The notes: a model not told the origin generated them from the letters alone. A DNA stretch of 63,554 bases, filler included, from Dugesia japonica (GCA_001938525.1; 5 parts of 5 records of this genome joined end to end with filler, not necessarily neighbours in it); one strand, 5' to 3'; positions 1 through 11,956 are shown, numbered from the whole stretch's first letter. Numbers and translations: made by a program.

Positions 1-175
1 GAACAATTAGGTGGAACAATTAGGTTGAACAATTAGGTTGAACAATTAGGGGGAACAATTAGGTGAAACAATTAGGTGGAACAATTAGGTTGAACAATTA
101 GGTGGAACATTTAGGTGGAACTATTAGGTTGAACAATTAGGTTGAACAATTAGGTTGAACAATTAGGTGGAACAA
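1..175. repeat. 13-bp tandem minisatellite (GAACAATTAGGTK)n, 13 full units, running off the window edge
   Basis: Units counted directly at 1, 14, 27 ... 157; few substitutions; each unit contains TTAGG. Confidence 0.95.
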
Positions 176-699
176 CAATGTTTATTAAAAAATCAGTGGT
201 TATCAAATAATTTGTGAATTCAGTGCTGAGTTGATTTCTGTTTCTTCGATGAACTGAAGTTTTTGTTTCACTGTGAAATTTTTCTGTCTTGTTTTTATGA
301 AGACGAATTAGTACTGAGCTCATTGTAAATTAATTAAAATTAGAGAATAATTTACTTACCTAGTGAAATATTCAGAAAGAAATATAAAATAGAGAGATAA
401 TACTGTAATTGAGATTGCAAATTATATATTGCAAATTAAAATACACCAAAATCTCGCTTGGCATTGTAGATATGTTCCAAAGAAACACGATACAAAGTGA
501 ATTTATATTTTCTAATAAATTAAACAGAAAACTTTATTTATATACATAAAAACAAAACAACTAATTGAATTTCAAATAAAATAATAAAAATTAATAATAA
601 AAAACAATAAATATGTGAGAAAACTAATCGGAATTTGTAGAAGAGTCTACTGGTACCTCTATCTCAATAATTTGTCCAAAGTCTACTGAACTGAATTCT

Positions 700-1720
700 T
701 TTTCATTTCTACAAAATTTCTTTGTAACAGTTAATGTCGGTTGCTACCGCATGAGACATTTTTGAACTTCGTTCGTTGTCGGAATCATTTATTGAAAAAA
801 TCTCCATAGCTTCATTAATCAAACTCATGGAAGTTCATTGCTCATATATTTCTACCTGGGTGTCTTCTTCGTCCACATATTATATCTTCAGTTGTATTAA
901 TTCCTCGTTCTCCAGTTTGTAGTTATTGGCGGTTAGCATTTCGTCTATGCCAGTCTCATCATCTGTTTTCTTGTGAACAGATTCTGTTCACAATTTGCGA
1001 TAAACACCGTTTATCCAAGATGATTTAATCCAGTGTTAAGCACTCTATCAGATCGCGGCTCAATGAGCCAATAAAAAATTTTTCGTGGCTCACTCATGTA
1101 AAACTGATAATTTCGTACACGTGAAAGAAATTTTATTAACAAATTTTAAATCTATTATAAGTAAAACTCTATTTTTGATTTATGCAAACGTTGAGAATGT
1201 TTTTCAGCGCAAATAAGATTGATACTGGTTCAATTTTTGAAAGACAAATACGTAGTTCCTCGTCCACCATTTGAAGTCACGCGCTTTTTTGACTTCGATT
1301 CTGTGAGTGCTGAAAATCCAATCTTGGAAAGATAAGAACTTCCAAATGAAAACAAAAATTGTATTTCTTTGCTGCTCAATTTTAGAGGAAAATGTTAGAG
1401 GGAATTTTAAACAATTTGAAAACTTTCTCGCGGTGTATCGGTTTCCAGACACTAATTTAACATCAGCCCACAAATCGGAAATAATTTCTATTGCCTTTAT
1501 AAGGTTAAATATTTTCCAATATTCTTGCATTGTAGGCTTACCTGGTCTGTCAGTTTCACTTAAAATCAGCTTACATGTTCGTTGTAAATAATTACTTTAC
1601 ATTACTCCCTGATCCATAGGCTGGAGGAGTGATGTGGTGCTCGACGGTATAAATACAAATTTGATATTTTTTGACAAATCATCAATGTATGAAGGGTGAA
1701 CCTAAGGCTATGAAGTTCAA
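700..1720 (-). mobile_element. Decayed pogo/Tigger (DDE_1) transposase, C-terminal half, interrupted by an insertion
   Basis: Minus-strand translation gives HPSYIDDLSKNIKFVFIPSSTTSLLQPMDQGVM* (Tigger PxxTTSLLQPMDQGVI motif) and QEYWKIFNLIKAIEIISDLWADVK. Removing 1023-1454 restores WADVKSSWINGVYRKL. Confidence 0.85.
1031..1454. mobile_element. Non-autonomous hAT-like insertion inside the Tigger remnant
   Basis: Ends CAGTGTT...AGACACTA; degenerate 8-bp TSD ATTTAATC (1023-1030) / ATTTAACA (1455-1462); removal restores the Tigger reading frame. Confidence 0.7.
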
Positions 1721-2335
1721 ATTTTCTTCATTGCATTACACTTTTTTTCATGAATGGCACACGTACATACCCAATCTTTATGGCGTCAACCACGCTTTTT
1801 TATTAGATCTCCAGTGGACAAAAATTCGATCCTATGAATAGCTCTTCATAGGTCTCGATTGGTAAATCAGAAACGGTTAAAATCTAAAAAATATTTAAAT
1901 ACCATAAAACAAGTTAATCAAAAATAAAAATTTTGAAAAAACAATGCAAGTTAGAAAATATTAGGCCGCACAACAAAAATTATTGGTAATTCAGTAACGA
2001 CAACCTCGAAAATACTCCAAATAAAACGACGCAAAGTGAGGTATTGTCATCATAAATTTACAAATATTCGACTTCAATAATTAATATTATTTGATTATGA
2101 ATATTTGATAGGATATTTTCCTTGTTCTTCCAAAAATTTACTGCTTGATGAAAGTTGTTTTTCTGTTGCCTTGCTTTATCGATATTTCCGTTTTAATGTA
2201 TACTACTGTCGTACTTTAAACCGATCTACGCAGTATAATGAAAATCTTTATTTTATTTTATTATAAAATCTTAAAGAAACTTTAAGAAAAGTTGTATTGA
2301 AAAATTTGAATAATTTGAATAATCATACTTTAAAC

Positions 2336-2569
2336 CAGTGATGGGCAAATGGTGTTTAGCGAAAAATTTTAAAAATTAAAAAACAACGTCAAACCCATGC
2401 ATCTCATTGATTTTCAATCTTACATAAAGAATAATAAGATTTTATATTTATGCTTTCTGTCATTTCCTAGGTTTTTTCTAAATTTCTCAAAAATAATTTA
2501 AATTTATGATTTTGGCACCCCTTTAAATTACGAAAAAAAATTTACTTTGACAAAGTTGGCCCATCTCTA
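2336..2569. mobile_element. hAT-type MITE
   Basis: Imperfect TIRs CAGTGATGGGCAAA / TTGGCCCATCTCTA; 8-bp TSD CTTTAAAC / ATTTAAAC; inserted into the second copy of a ~115-bp local duplication (TTTAAACCGATCTACG near 2215 and 2571). Confidence 0.75.
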
Positions 2570-2880
2570 ATTTAAACCGATCTACGTAGTTTTATGCAAT
2601 TGTTTATTTTTGGTATTAGAAAATTTTAAAGAAATTTTTTTTAAAATTTTTAATAATTTGCGCGCGCAAACTATTCGGGAAAGACTGGAGAGCTAATAAT
2701 TCCATTTTAGTTAAAACAATTTTTTAATAGGATTCTCAATCGCCAATGGTTATTCAACACATAACACAAAGAATAATTTCCCAAATCAAAAATGTGTTGT
2801 ATTTTATTATTTATATAAATTTTACAATTTACAATTTAAGTAAATTTAAATCCGGGTGTTGAGAAATATCCGATTTCTAG

Positions 2881-5800
2881 AAAAGTGCATTTATCATCAA
2901 AGAAACCTGATTCGAATAATACATTCAATTTTATGAAATCTTCAGTAAATACCAAACATAAAATAAAGTTAAAATCAGATGATACTAAAACCGATTCGAA
3001 GATAAGGCAGCACAATCAAAGTTTATCAGCATTATTAAATAAAATTTAATTATCTGAAACCATTTAGAGAATATTAAGCGAGTAGAAACATTTTTAGGAG
3101 ATTATAATCCACTTAAACAAAATCGTTCTTTATCGAATACCGGGATATTAAAAAATAATGAAAGTATTTTAAAAACACATTCTAAAGACGAGAGAAAAAT
3201 TAAAGAATATATGGAAATTAAAAAACGTGATTTAAAGAAAAGAGAACATGAAAGCAAATTAATTGAAAAACAGAGAAAAGAAAAAATTGAGGAACGACTG
3301 AAATTATTATCAGAAAAAGTAAAAAATCAAGAAAAAATTCCAAAACCGTATTATCAAACTAGAGATGTAATTTCGATAAATGTTGAGGATAAAGGCGAAA
3401 CTTGTTCTAGTGTACATTCTAAAGTTTACGAAAGTTCTACTGAAGATACGAAATCAGATAACTCCTCTAGTTCTGTGAGTAAGTCATCAGTTAATTGTTT
3501 TCTGTTTCAAAAACATTTGTCAACAGAGAAAAAGCTAGCAAAATGGACTCCAATGTCGAATGAAGAATTAGAAATACATCGGTTGGCTAGTAAAAACTAT
3601 ATGACTAAAGCTATCAATAACAATCAGAAAGCAGATAACATTCTTACAGACATTATTAATATTTCAGATAAAATAGCTTTAGCAAAACAAGAACTCCTAA
3701 CATCTGGGAAATATCCAGGTAAAATTATTTTGTAAAATTGTAGTTCGCAATTTCGTAATTCGATACCAATAATTAACATTTTATTAATTAAACATTAATT
3801 ACATAAAATATTACGAATAAATGATATGAAAATTATCTTCATTATTTTAAAACTAGGCGGTTTATGAGCGGCAAGCCGTCTCGTGATCAACGAATGCGCC
3901 TAGTAAAATATTTTTGCAGAATTATTTTTGAATAAAATTATATTTATTTATGCATCATTATCATTACATTTTTTACTAAAGATAATATAGATAAGAAGAT
4001 ACATACTTACCGTCGATATGGCATGCGAATGAGGTCTGCTAAAAGCGACGGGCAGGGACGTAATCAGCGCAAGCTAGTGAATTGCGCTTACTAGGAATTC
4101 CTCGTTCATAGGAAATAATTACAATTCACAATCCCTGTTACGACAGTGTTTCACTAGATTGCCCAACTATTTCTAGTAAGGTATACTCGTTGGAACTGCC
4201 ATTGTAGCGNNNNNNNNNNNNNNNNNNNNNNNNNNNNNNNNNNNNNNNNNNNNNNNNNNNNNNNTCATTTAGCTAGACGCTATTTATTCTTCTAAGAAGT
4301 GATTATTTACGAGTTAAAATAAATACACTATTTAGCAACTACCCTCATTTTTGTCTTATTCGCTTATTTGCCCAGTACTTGCTCAAGAGATCTTATTTTG
4401 CTCGACATCAGTGCCTTTCGCCTGCTCTTTGGCACTAAGTCAATAAATAAGCGTTGGTGTCCCCTAAATGAAGAGTATTCTGATAGAACATGCACCAAAT
4501 TTCTTCTGTTTCTCTTTTTGTTATGTTTTACAGTTATTAGCTGGTCAAACCAAGTACTTAGTGTCTTGGAGAGGGGTTTCCGGCTTGCAAGACATCCTTT
4601 GTTAATCTTGGCGTATATTGCGCTTAGTTCAATATTTACCTTATTTTGCACATCAATTTCTTGCCTGTGCAACTGAAGAAAGTTGTTGTTCACGTGTTTT
4701 TCTGGTCACGTAAAATTGATTTCTAGGTATTTCTAGCGTCTATCTTTAAAAATAACGAAGTTCTAGGTCATTTATAGTCACTATTGAATTACACCTCAAA
4801 TATTTAACAACTTTTTTCTTGATAAACATTTTGTACCAATTTCAATTTTAGTCGTAACTACATGTAGGCGATTAACCGAAAATAGCTGTAGTCGGAATTA
4901 CACTTAACATTGGGAATCTGCAGGTTAAGCATGCTTGATTTAATTTATTAGAACAGGGATTCTTAACCTTTTATACTGAAATCTCTATTAAAATTTAGTT
5001 TATTTTGTCCACCTCGCATTTACACTCAAAATAAAAATAAATCGAAATATATTTAATGGATATTATTTTACTTTAGACATTAATACATCACATAAGAAAG
5101 AACACATTATTTTTAAAGATAACTAGGCTTGTATTAATGAGATGACTCTTGCTGCTTACCATCAGTAAGGTAAGAAATTCGTGGTAAAGTTTTGGATAAT
5201 GCTAAACGCAAGTCATGTCTAACAACCAATCGATTTCTATTTTTCTTTTAATTTAAACCTCCCTGCAAAATTAACACACCTCCCCCAGGGCAGGTGCACC
5301 TTACCAGTTAAGATCACCTGCATTAGGATATTTGTAACTATCGCATCCCTTTACAATATTACAAACAGCTACTTCGAGGATTAGTTTACTGAGATACAGT
5401 CATAATCTGTATTTTAATATTTAAATATGAAATTATGATATGCAGATAATCGAGGTACTCATCAAACGAAAAAGGATGTTTCTGTAGAAATCCATAGTTC
5501 TTCTAGTTTTTCCGATGAATTTGAAGATGATGAAGAAGAATTAAATTCTATTTCTTCGTAATTCGATTTTACATTTATTTATACATGAAAATATTTACTT
5601 TAGAAAAGACTATCCTGGTAATAATAATATAAAAAATGGCTTTAAAGAAATAAAACCGATAATTTTGGCTAATCGCGCTCGTAGGAAACTTAATATGGAC
5701 ACTGAAGTAAAGGTAATAACAATGAATTTTTATGTTAAATTATTGTTAAAAATAAAATAAATCAAACGAAAATTCAAGTATTAAAGTAAAAATTTTGAAT

Positions 5801-7664
5801 AATCTTTTTATTAAATTATTTTACAATTTCGATTATTTAATTGGAAATTTTTATGTCTTCTAACAAAAATTAATTTTTTTAAAAAAAAATTCATTCTAAC
5901 TTTAAATTTTAAATTATATAAATTTTTAAAATTAATTTATAGCAATCTAACTAATTTTTATATAAAATCTACTTTTGTCAGTAAAAATCCTCCGCGATCT
6001 ACTTTTTCTAAAAATTATGGATAAGAGAAGTTTTTTTAATAAAAATATTGTAACTATAACCTTTTCAAGCTGTACATAATGTTTTACACAGTATTTTTTG
6101 ATAATGTTGTACAAAAGTATTGACTAACATAATTTCTATGTATTAATGACCTCTGTTATCATATTTTTATCATATTGTTATCATATCGTCATCATATTGT
6201 TATCATATCTTCATCATATTGTTATCATATCGCCATCATATTGTTACCATATTATTATCACATAGTCATCATATTGTTATCATATTGTTATCATATCGTC
6301 ATCATATTGTTATCATATCTTCATATTGTTATCATATCGTCATCATATTGTTATCATATTGTTATCATATCTTCATCATATTGTTATCATATCGTCATCA
6401 TATTGTTACCATATTGTTATCATATTGTCATAATATTGTTATCATATTGTTATCATATCGTCATCATATTCTTATCATATTGTTATCATATCGTCATCAT
6501 ATTGTTATCATATTGTTATTATATTGCACAGCTTCACAATTAAGTGAAATGTTACGTAATAAATAAATAAAAATTGTTTGCATAAACTTAATTTGAGCAA
6601 AAAGATAAGTTTTTGCCAAAAGAAATTTAATCAGATTTTTTTCATTACACAGTAAACTTCAGTTAATCCAGATAAAGCAAATATTCAAATAAAATAAATT
6701 TTTATTAGATTGTCTGACTCACATGTTAAATTACTGTTTATCACTCGTGTTTTGCAATTTGCTTAAATTAACCAAAGTTTATTGTATTTGATTATTTCTG
6801 GCATTACTACAATTTGTTAGTTATTAGTTTTTTATAGGGACATCTGTTCATATGTACAATCCATGTACATCTCATTTTATGGTGTTAATTATGGAAATTG
6901 GAAAAGATAAGTCAAATATTATATTTTTTTGGCGATCGAAAAAGTCTTTATACGATCGAACGGTAGACCGCGATCGACGTTATTGACACCCCTGATCTAT
7001 AGGGTCTAAGATATTTTCCTGCCCCGGAAATCTCCTCCTCCGATATTTCCCCTCAACTTTACTGTGTCAACTTTGTGTATTAAATCGAACTAAAAACCAT
7101 TAAATATTAAAATTAAATATTCTAAATGTTTAATTTTAATTGGAGTTTTTTAATTTTATTAGCATTATGATTTTTGTAGAAAATTTGCTCACCATCGTTG
7201 CGTTTGATGGAATTTAGTCTATTTTGGGAAAATATGTTAATCGAAATCAACAAAAAATTCTCTATCGAATAGTGGGGTAGATAATCAAATTTGAGATAGT
7301 TGTTATTTCTTCGAAAATTTTTTTCTTGTTAGAAATGATCCGGAGGTCAATTGGTGTAATAATAACCAGTGTTAAAGAATTATTTTTGAAAATTTTCGAA
7401 ATTTGGATTGAAAATTTGAATTACAAATTAAAATATTTAAACAAAATGGACTTTCCCCGAATTCCATAAAAATTAAATTATTTTTAATAAACTGGACATT
7501 GCAGAGGAAAGTTTTAATCAAAATCGACCATCCCGAGAATTTTTTTACCAAAACTTATCAAAGTCAACTAAATTCGACCATTCCGAGGAAACGTTGGATA
7601 ATTTAAACCAAAATCAACCATTTAGTATTGCACACACACTATTAAACTATTAAATATAATTTCG

Positions 7665-7704
<40 letters not shown>

Positions 7705-10700
7705 TAGTCTTTTAAAATTTTGTAGAAGCTTTTCTCGAAAAAATACTTATGAAAAAAATACTTTGACAGAAAAAATACTTATTACAATATTAGGTTGTTC
7801 GGAAAGTAACTTCAGTTTTTTAGTAAAAGATAAGACTAAAATTTTTATTAATAAAACAATTTTTAATCGACAATGGATTGCTCATTTTAATCCGACACCT
7901 TTTGCGATCCACCAAGTGATTTTAAAATTTCATCCGCTTAGAAGTTCTTGTGCTTATTTACGAAAAACTGAGTCAAGTGAGTATTGATACCTTCAACTCA
8001 GTCAGATCCGACTGAGTTTTAATCCGTCACCTTTTGCGATCCACCAAGTGATTTTCAAATTTCATCCGCTTAGAAGTTCTTGTGCTTATTTGCGAAAAAC
8101 TGAGTCAAGTGAGTATTGATACATTCAACTCAGTCAGATATTCTGCAATCCAAAGAATGTTGCAGGTAGTGAAATAAATGAAAATCAGATGGAACTAGAT
8201 AGGGTGAGTATGGTGAAGATCCAATAGTTTTTGCTAAGTTATCAAACTGCTGTGAGGTCTGGCATTGTCATATACTATTTGTGATATATTATTTTCTTAT
8301 TTTACCAATGCCGGCCTCTTTATTTGGATGCATTCATTCAATGTGTCCAGTTGGTGACATTAAACCTCGGAATTAATAATTTGTATGCTTGATAGCATCT
8401 CGAAAGAAATTTCTCTTTGCCAGTCCCATCGAATAGAGAGCATAACTTTCCTGTAAAGTAGTGACCTTGAAACATGTTATTTTTGGAAATAGAAGCTGAA
8501 ATTATTATTTTAAGTCGAAGCACTACTTCTTAATTCCCTATTTGATAAATCAGCTAAAAATAAACGACTATTCCAGAAATTTGTCAACAAAATGTATTTT
8601 TTAAATTCAATTTTATTAAATTAATAAATTTTTCAAAATGCCCACAATTCAATTCTAAACATTTCTGTTTTTCCTTTCTAAATACAATGAAACCGTTTCG
8701 AATTCACATTCCATAATATTAATAATAAATGTAATTGTTTGTCAAAACTTTGCAGTATAAATTGATATTTTATTTATTCATATTTTAATATGGTATACCG
8801 CTAGGATAATGATGTAAATAATTGTATGCATATTTCGGAAGAGCTTCTAGCAAAGATCTATTTAATGCTTGCAGATAGATAGATTGGTTGAGGCAGTTCT
8901 GTCTTTTTATGTGCCCGATCACTTGATTTAATGTTGATGGAGTTTTATTTATGGGGTAAAGTGACAGCTTATTTTTAGCAGCCTGATAACATTAAAGTAT
9001 TAAAAGAGAAATATAATTATTGTGTGGAAAGCGAATTCAAAACGGTTCCATTGAATTTAGAAAGACAAAGACAGAAATATTTAGAAGTAAATTGTGAAAA
9101 TTTTAAAACTTATATTAAATTAATAAAATTGAATTCACGACTGATTCCCCGACAACTTTTTTTAGGTAAAAATTGTTTATTTTTAATTGCTCGAATAAAT
9201 AACGGATTCAGATATAGAGCTTGTTATTTGAAAAAAAGGTATTTCTAGCTTCTATCTTTAAAAATAAGGAAGTTATAGGTAATTTATGGTCACTATTGAA
9301 TTACACCCCAAATATTTAACAACTGTTATATAATAAGTAATTTTCTTTGATCACGTACCATTTTTGAGAAAGTTTCGTGGAATTTTCTTAAAGACTCATC
9401 CTGTATAAGAAAAATTTATAAATAATTATCACATCACAAAATTTTTAAAGAAATTGCTGATATCCTTAATATGAGATCAAATCTAGTAGATAATATTGGT
9501 ATAAATTTTCATGGCACACTTGTTAATGTATTCCAATGTTCCATGGAACAATTTAAAACAATGAGTTATTCTTTCCTCATAAATAAGATATTAATCAGCG
9601 AGGAATATATCAGCGAATAACCTGATGCAGTTAGTGTAAATAAATTGTTAATTAAAAAAATTATTAAAGTGAATTGATATGAATATAAATAATTACCTAG
9701 TATTGAGTCTAAAATCATATCTTCTGCATAATTAACAGTAAACAAGGCACATGGTTTCATGAGTACATGGATCGATATAAGAATAAAGTGACATATTGAT
9801 TGACTCTTTGGTCAATAATGGTCGATAAAATAGTACAAAGGGTTATATTAAACGAATGTGCTATTATAAGTTAATAATAATTTACAAGATTAATTATATT
9901 TATCTATTTAGCAAGATAAATATTTGGATGATGAAAGTTATAGTTCTGCTTCTGCGTATGATGATTTTGTAATTCGTTTAATTGAAGAAAATCAGGTTGT
10001 TAAATAAAGCTATTAGATTAATTTTTAAAATTTATTATCAGAGACGATATGAAAGATCAGTTGAAGTCCATCAAACTTTACTGTTACCTCATAAAATATT
10101 CCCTATACCTATTTCTAATATTAAAAAGAACCAAATAACACGACACCATGAAATTATTAAAACAACCAAAACAGACTCACTTACATTTATGAGAACGTAT
10201 CTTAAATGCAAACATAAAACCAATATTTCAAGGTCTTCAACAGTAAATACTAATAATTCTCGTAATTCAAACGAAACAGTCTATGTGAATAATCTAAATA
10301 GCTATAATAATCATTCTTCTCACGACAGAGATAATGATGACATAGGTAATGAATTCATTAAAAGAAGGGATAGTTCTACGAGAAATTCAATTATCCGCAG
10401 TAATGAAAATACTGAAAGTGAAATTAAAAAGTCATCTTTAGTGGAAAATGTTAATGAAAGTTTTCGTGATTCAAATGCTTTCTCAGAAGTTGAAGTGACA
10501 ATAGAAAATTCATCTTTCACTGAACAAGTTATCAGTCAACGCTCAACACGTAAACATTCTGATAGGTTTACAAATTATAGGAATCTTGAAGATCGATTGT
10601 CTCCTAATTCTTTAGAGAGAAAACTATTTGCTGAGCTTCATTATTATGATGGCTTACAAGCAGGTATGGAACAATTATTGCAGTCAGATAGATTCCAAGG

Positions 10701-10979
10701 CGTTGGATTTGCACAACAAGAAACAGTTAGTTTAGCCCAAATACTAAAAGCACGGCAATGGAAAGATGCTCAAGACAGTGAAACTAAACAATGTTTGCAA
10801 CAATTTACCAGTGCAATAGCCAATTTTAATGTAAGTTTAAGGGTATGAATAAACTTAAATTTTATTAAAATGAAAACAGAATCATATCCCTCGTCAACAC
10901 AAAAGGTCTGAAGTTATATCCAGTTCAAGTTCATACAGTTCTGAAACCATGTCTTCAAGTTCCTTACTTCATAAAAATG
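2881..10979 (+). CDS. CEP350: CEP350/CCDC187-like centriolar coiled-coil protein (partial; 5' end uncertain, 3' end cut by contig boundary)
   Basis: Phase-consistent GT-AG exons 2881-3020 (tentative), 3068-3718, 5446-5557, 5604-5712, 9912-9995, 10042-10830 (possible in-frame 36-nt intron at 10197-10232), 10880-10979. LSPNSLERKLFAELHYYDGLQAGMEQLLQSDRFQGVGFAQQETVSLAQILKARQ resembles, from recall, the conserved CEP350 block SPxxL...AEL...AQQE(S/T)VSLAQIIKAQQ. Confidence 0.78.
4041..4337 (-). pseudogene. 18S rRNA 3'-region fragment (dispersed rDNA pseudogene in a CEP350 intron)
   Basis: Reverse complement has 18S hallmarks TGCTAAATAG, CTTCTTAGA, GCTACAATGG, GAACGAGGAATTCCTAGTAAGCGC, GATTACGTCCCTGCCC, CGTCGCT. 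Only ~300 nt long and missing the universal TTTGTACACACCGCCC segment. Confidence 0.9.
4338..4700 (-). mobile_element. Ty3/gypsy pol fragment (region leading into the integrase zinc-binding domain)
   Basis: ORF 4364-4693 reads ...LSTWFDQLITVKH...LVPKSRRKALM...LGK*ANKTKMR, like the gypsy pattern W.QL....LVVPKSLR..VL...HLG.NKT. Abuts the 18S fragment. Confidence 0.5.
4954..5320. mobile_element. hAT-type MITE
   Basis: TIRs CAGGGATTCTTAAC / GTTAAGATCACCTG; degenerate 8-bp TSD TATTAGAA / CATTAGGA. Confidence 0.7.
6156..6525. repeat. 11-bp tandem minisatellite (GTTATCATATT / GTCATCATATC variants), roughly 33 units
   Basis: Directly visible periodicity; accounts for the spurious ORFs 6175-6543 and 6219-6566. 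Confidence 0.95.
7190..7630. repeat. Dispersed modular repeat, same family as 55060-56530
   Basis: Shares AAAATTCTCTATCGAATAG, ATTCCATAAAA and AAATTCGACC...CGAGGAAA modules with the contig-5 array. Confidence 0.55.
7668..7700. repeat. (TA)n microsatellite
   Basis: Direct; similar tracts at about 36345-36376 and 40680-40704. Confidence 0.95.
7788..8345 (-). mobile_element. Mariner (DD34D) 3'-end remnant
   Basis: TIR-like TATTAGGTTGTTCGGAAAGT; minus strand gives DNARPH and SSPYSPYLVPSDFHLFHYLQHSL (YSPDLAPSDYHLF motif); contains a 132-bp-period tandem duplication. Confidence 0.85.
8790..9405 (+). mobile_element. Tc1/mariner-superfamily transposase C-terminal remnant with right end
   Basis: Degenerate DR.IG.GS...ARSLDLMLMEFYLWG (WPPRSPDLxPxDFFLWG motif); ends GACTCATCCTG-TA. 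About 85 bp (9238-9323) has a near-identical copy at 4726-4812. Confidence 0.65.
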
Positions 10980-11023
10980 GTTATTGATAATTTATTTGTT
11001 TATAATTAAATTTTAATTTATTA

Positions 11024-11123
11024 NNNNNNNNNNNNNNNNNNNNNNNNNNNNNNNNNNNNNNNNNNNNTTAATTAATTAANNNNNNNNNNNNNNNNNNNNN
11101 NNNNNNNNNNNNNNNNNNNNNNN
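11024..11123. other. Artificial contig linker (44 N + TTAATTAATTAA + 44 N)
   Basis: Six-frame stop spacer; the same 100-nt structure occurs four times. Confidence 0.95.
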
Positions 11124-11149
11124 TTTCCTAATAAATTTAATTTAGAACC

Positions 11150-11830
11150 ATTTATGGAGTCCAATACATTACAAGAGCATGTTTTTGTAACAAAAAAACA
11201 TTAACCGCGTTTCTCTTCAATTGTTCCTATCACTTCTGCTTTGTTAACTTCCGCATCATTGAAACTTTGTCTTTTTAGGAATCTTTAAACTTTTTCTCTC
11301 ACTTTACTCGTCACATNNNATTTCTCGGCCTCTTGAAGATATTAAAGCGATATCTCGTTTAATGAATGGCCCTGACCAACTCATCTACAGATGGAGCCCT
11401 GCCTTTTGGGTATTCTCTTCTTAGATTTTCATTTACTACTATGCTCTCAGAAAATATCTCGTCATTTTCATCACTATCCTCATTTACATCTACCGCATAC
11501 AATTTCTGTGCACATCCTTCTGATATGACCAATTTTACCACATCCAAAACATTTTGTTGGCATCTTGTCAGGACGATTTCTACTTAAATGTCCTTTCTTG
11601 TGGCAAGTCCACATTTCACTTTTGAACTTTTTGGACTCTTTTTTGTGTTCTCATAACTCTGGCATGTCCAACACTGTGTTTCTGTTCTTTTCGTAACCCT
11701 CTCGATATTTTGTCTCCTCTCTCCGGAACGTTCTCCACGTGTTACACCCACGTAACTCTTTACTACGTTAATAGGTTCTCTTCTTTCTATAATTTCAACT
11801 AATGAGTGTTTCTTTTATATCTTCTACTTT
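11150..11830 (-). mobile_element. Decayed LTR-retrotransposon gag/protease-like remnant
   Basis: Purine-rich coding-like minus strand broken by stops; degenerate CWTCQ zinc-knuckle-like word near 11660-11675; composition like the gypsy copy at 25776-27571. Confidence 0.4.
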
Positions 11831-11922
11831 CTCCAATTTTCGTACGTTTTTCTCGTCTTCTAAATTTTTACTATCTGCACAAATTGGTAGCATTTTTGAC
11901 AATAACAAAGTATAAAAAAGTC

Positions 11923-11956
11923 AATTCCTGACGAAGACTAAGTCGATTTTCAAAAT
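11923..11956 (+). ncRNA. Degenerate minimal hammerhead motif (copy A) in a Penelope-type pseudo-LTR repeat (about 11915-12000)
   Basis: AATTC-CTGACGA-A-GAC TAA GTC-GA(TT), followed by the family tail ATCGAAGCTTTTATTTAATGAAATCT; GAAA box mutated. Confidence 0.5.

Noticed and set aside
1-175. CRISPR-like array
   Set aside because: Units are contiguous with no unique spacers; eukaryotic context and no cas genes.
1965-2800. Further upstream CEP350-like exons (about 1965-2040, 2112 onward, 2731-2795)
   Set aside because: Plausible AG/GT boundaries but ambiguous frame and no recognisable motif; left out of the gene model.
3040-3070. Non-standard genetic code to read through stops upstream of ORF 3211
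   Set aside because: A 47-nt GT-AG intron (3021-3067) removes the stops, and all confident exons read with the standard code.
4368-4676. 102-aa hydrophobic plus-strand ORF
   Set aside because: Antisense shadow of the gypsy-like fragment; no splice-phase fit with CEP350 exons.
6175-6566. Two overlapping ORFs of repetitive hydrophobic His/Tyr-rich peptide
   Set aside because: Translations of an 11-bp minisatellite whose period is not a multiple of 3, inside an intron.
11068-11079. Recurrent palindrome TTAATTAATTAA as a biological motif
   Set aside because: Always centred in exactly 44+44 N; a six-frame stop linker used to concatenate contigs.
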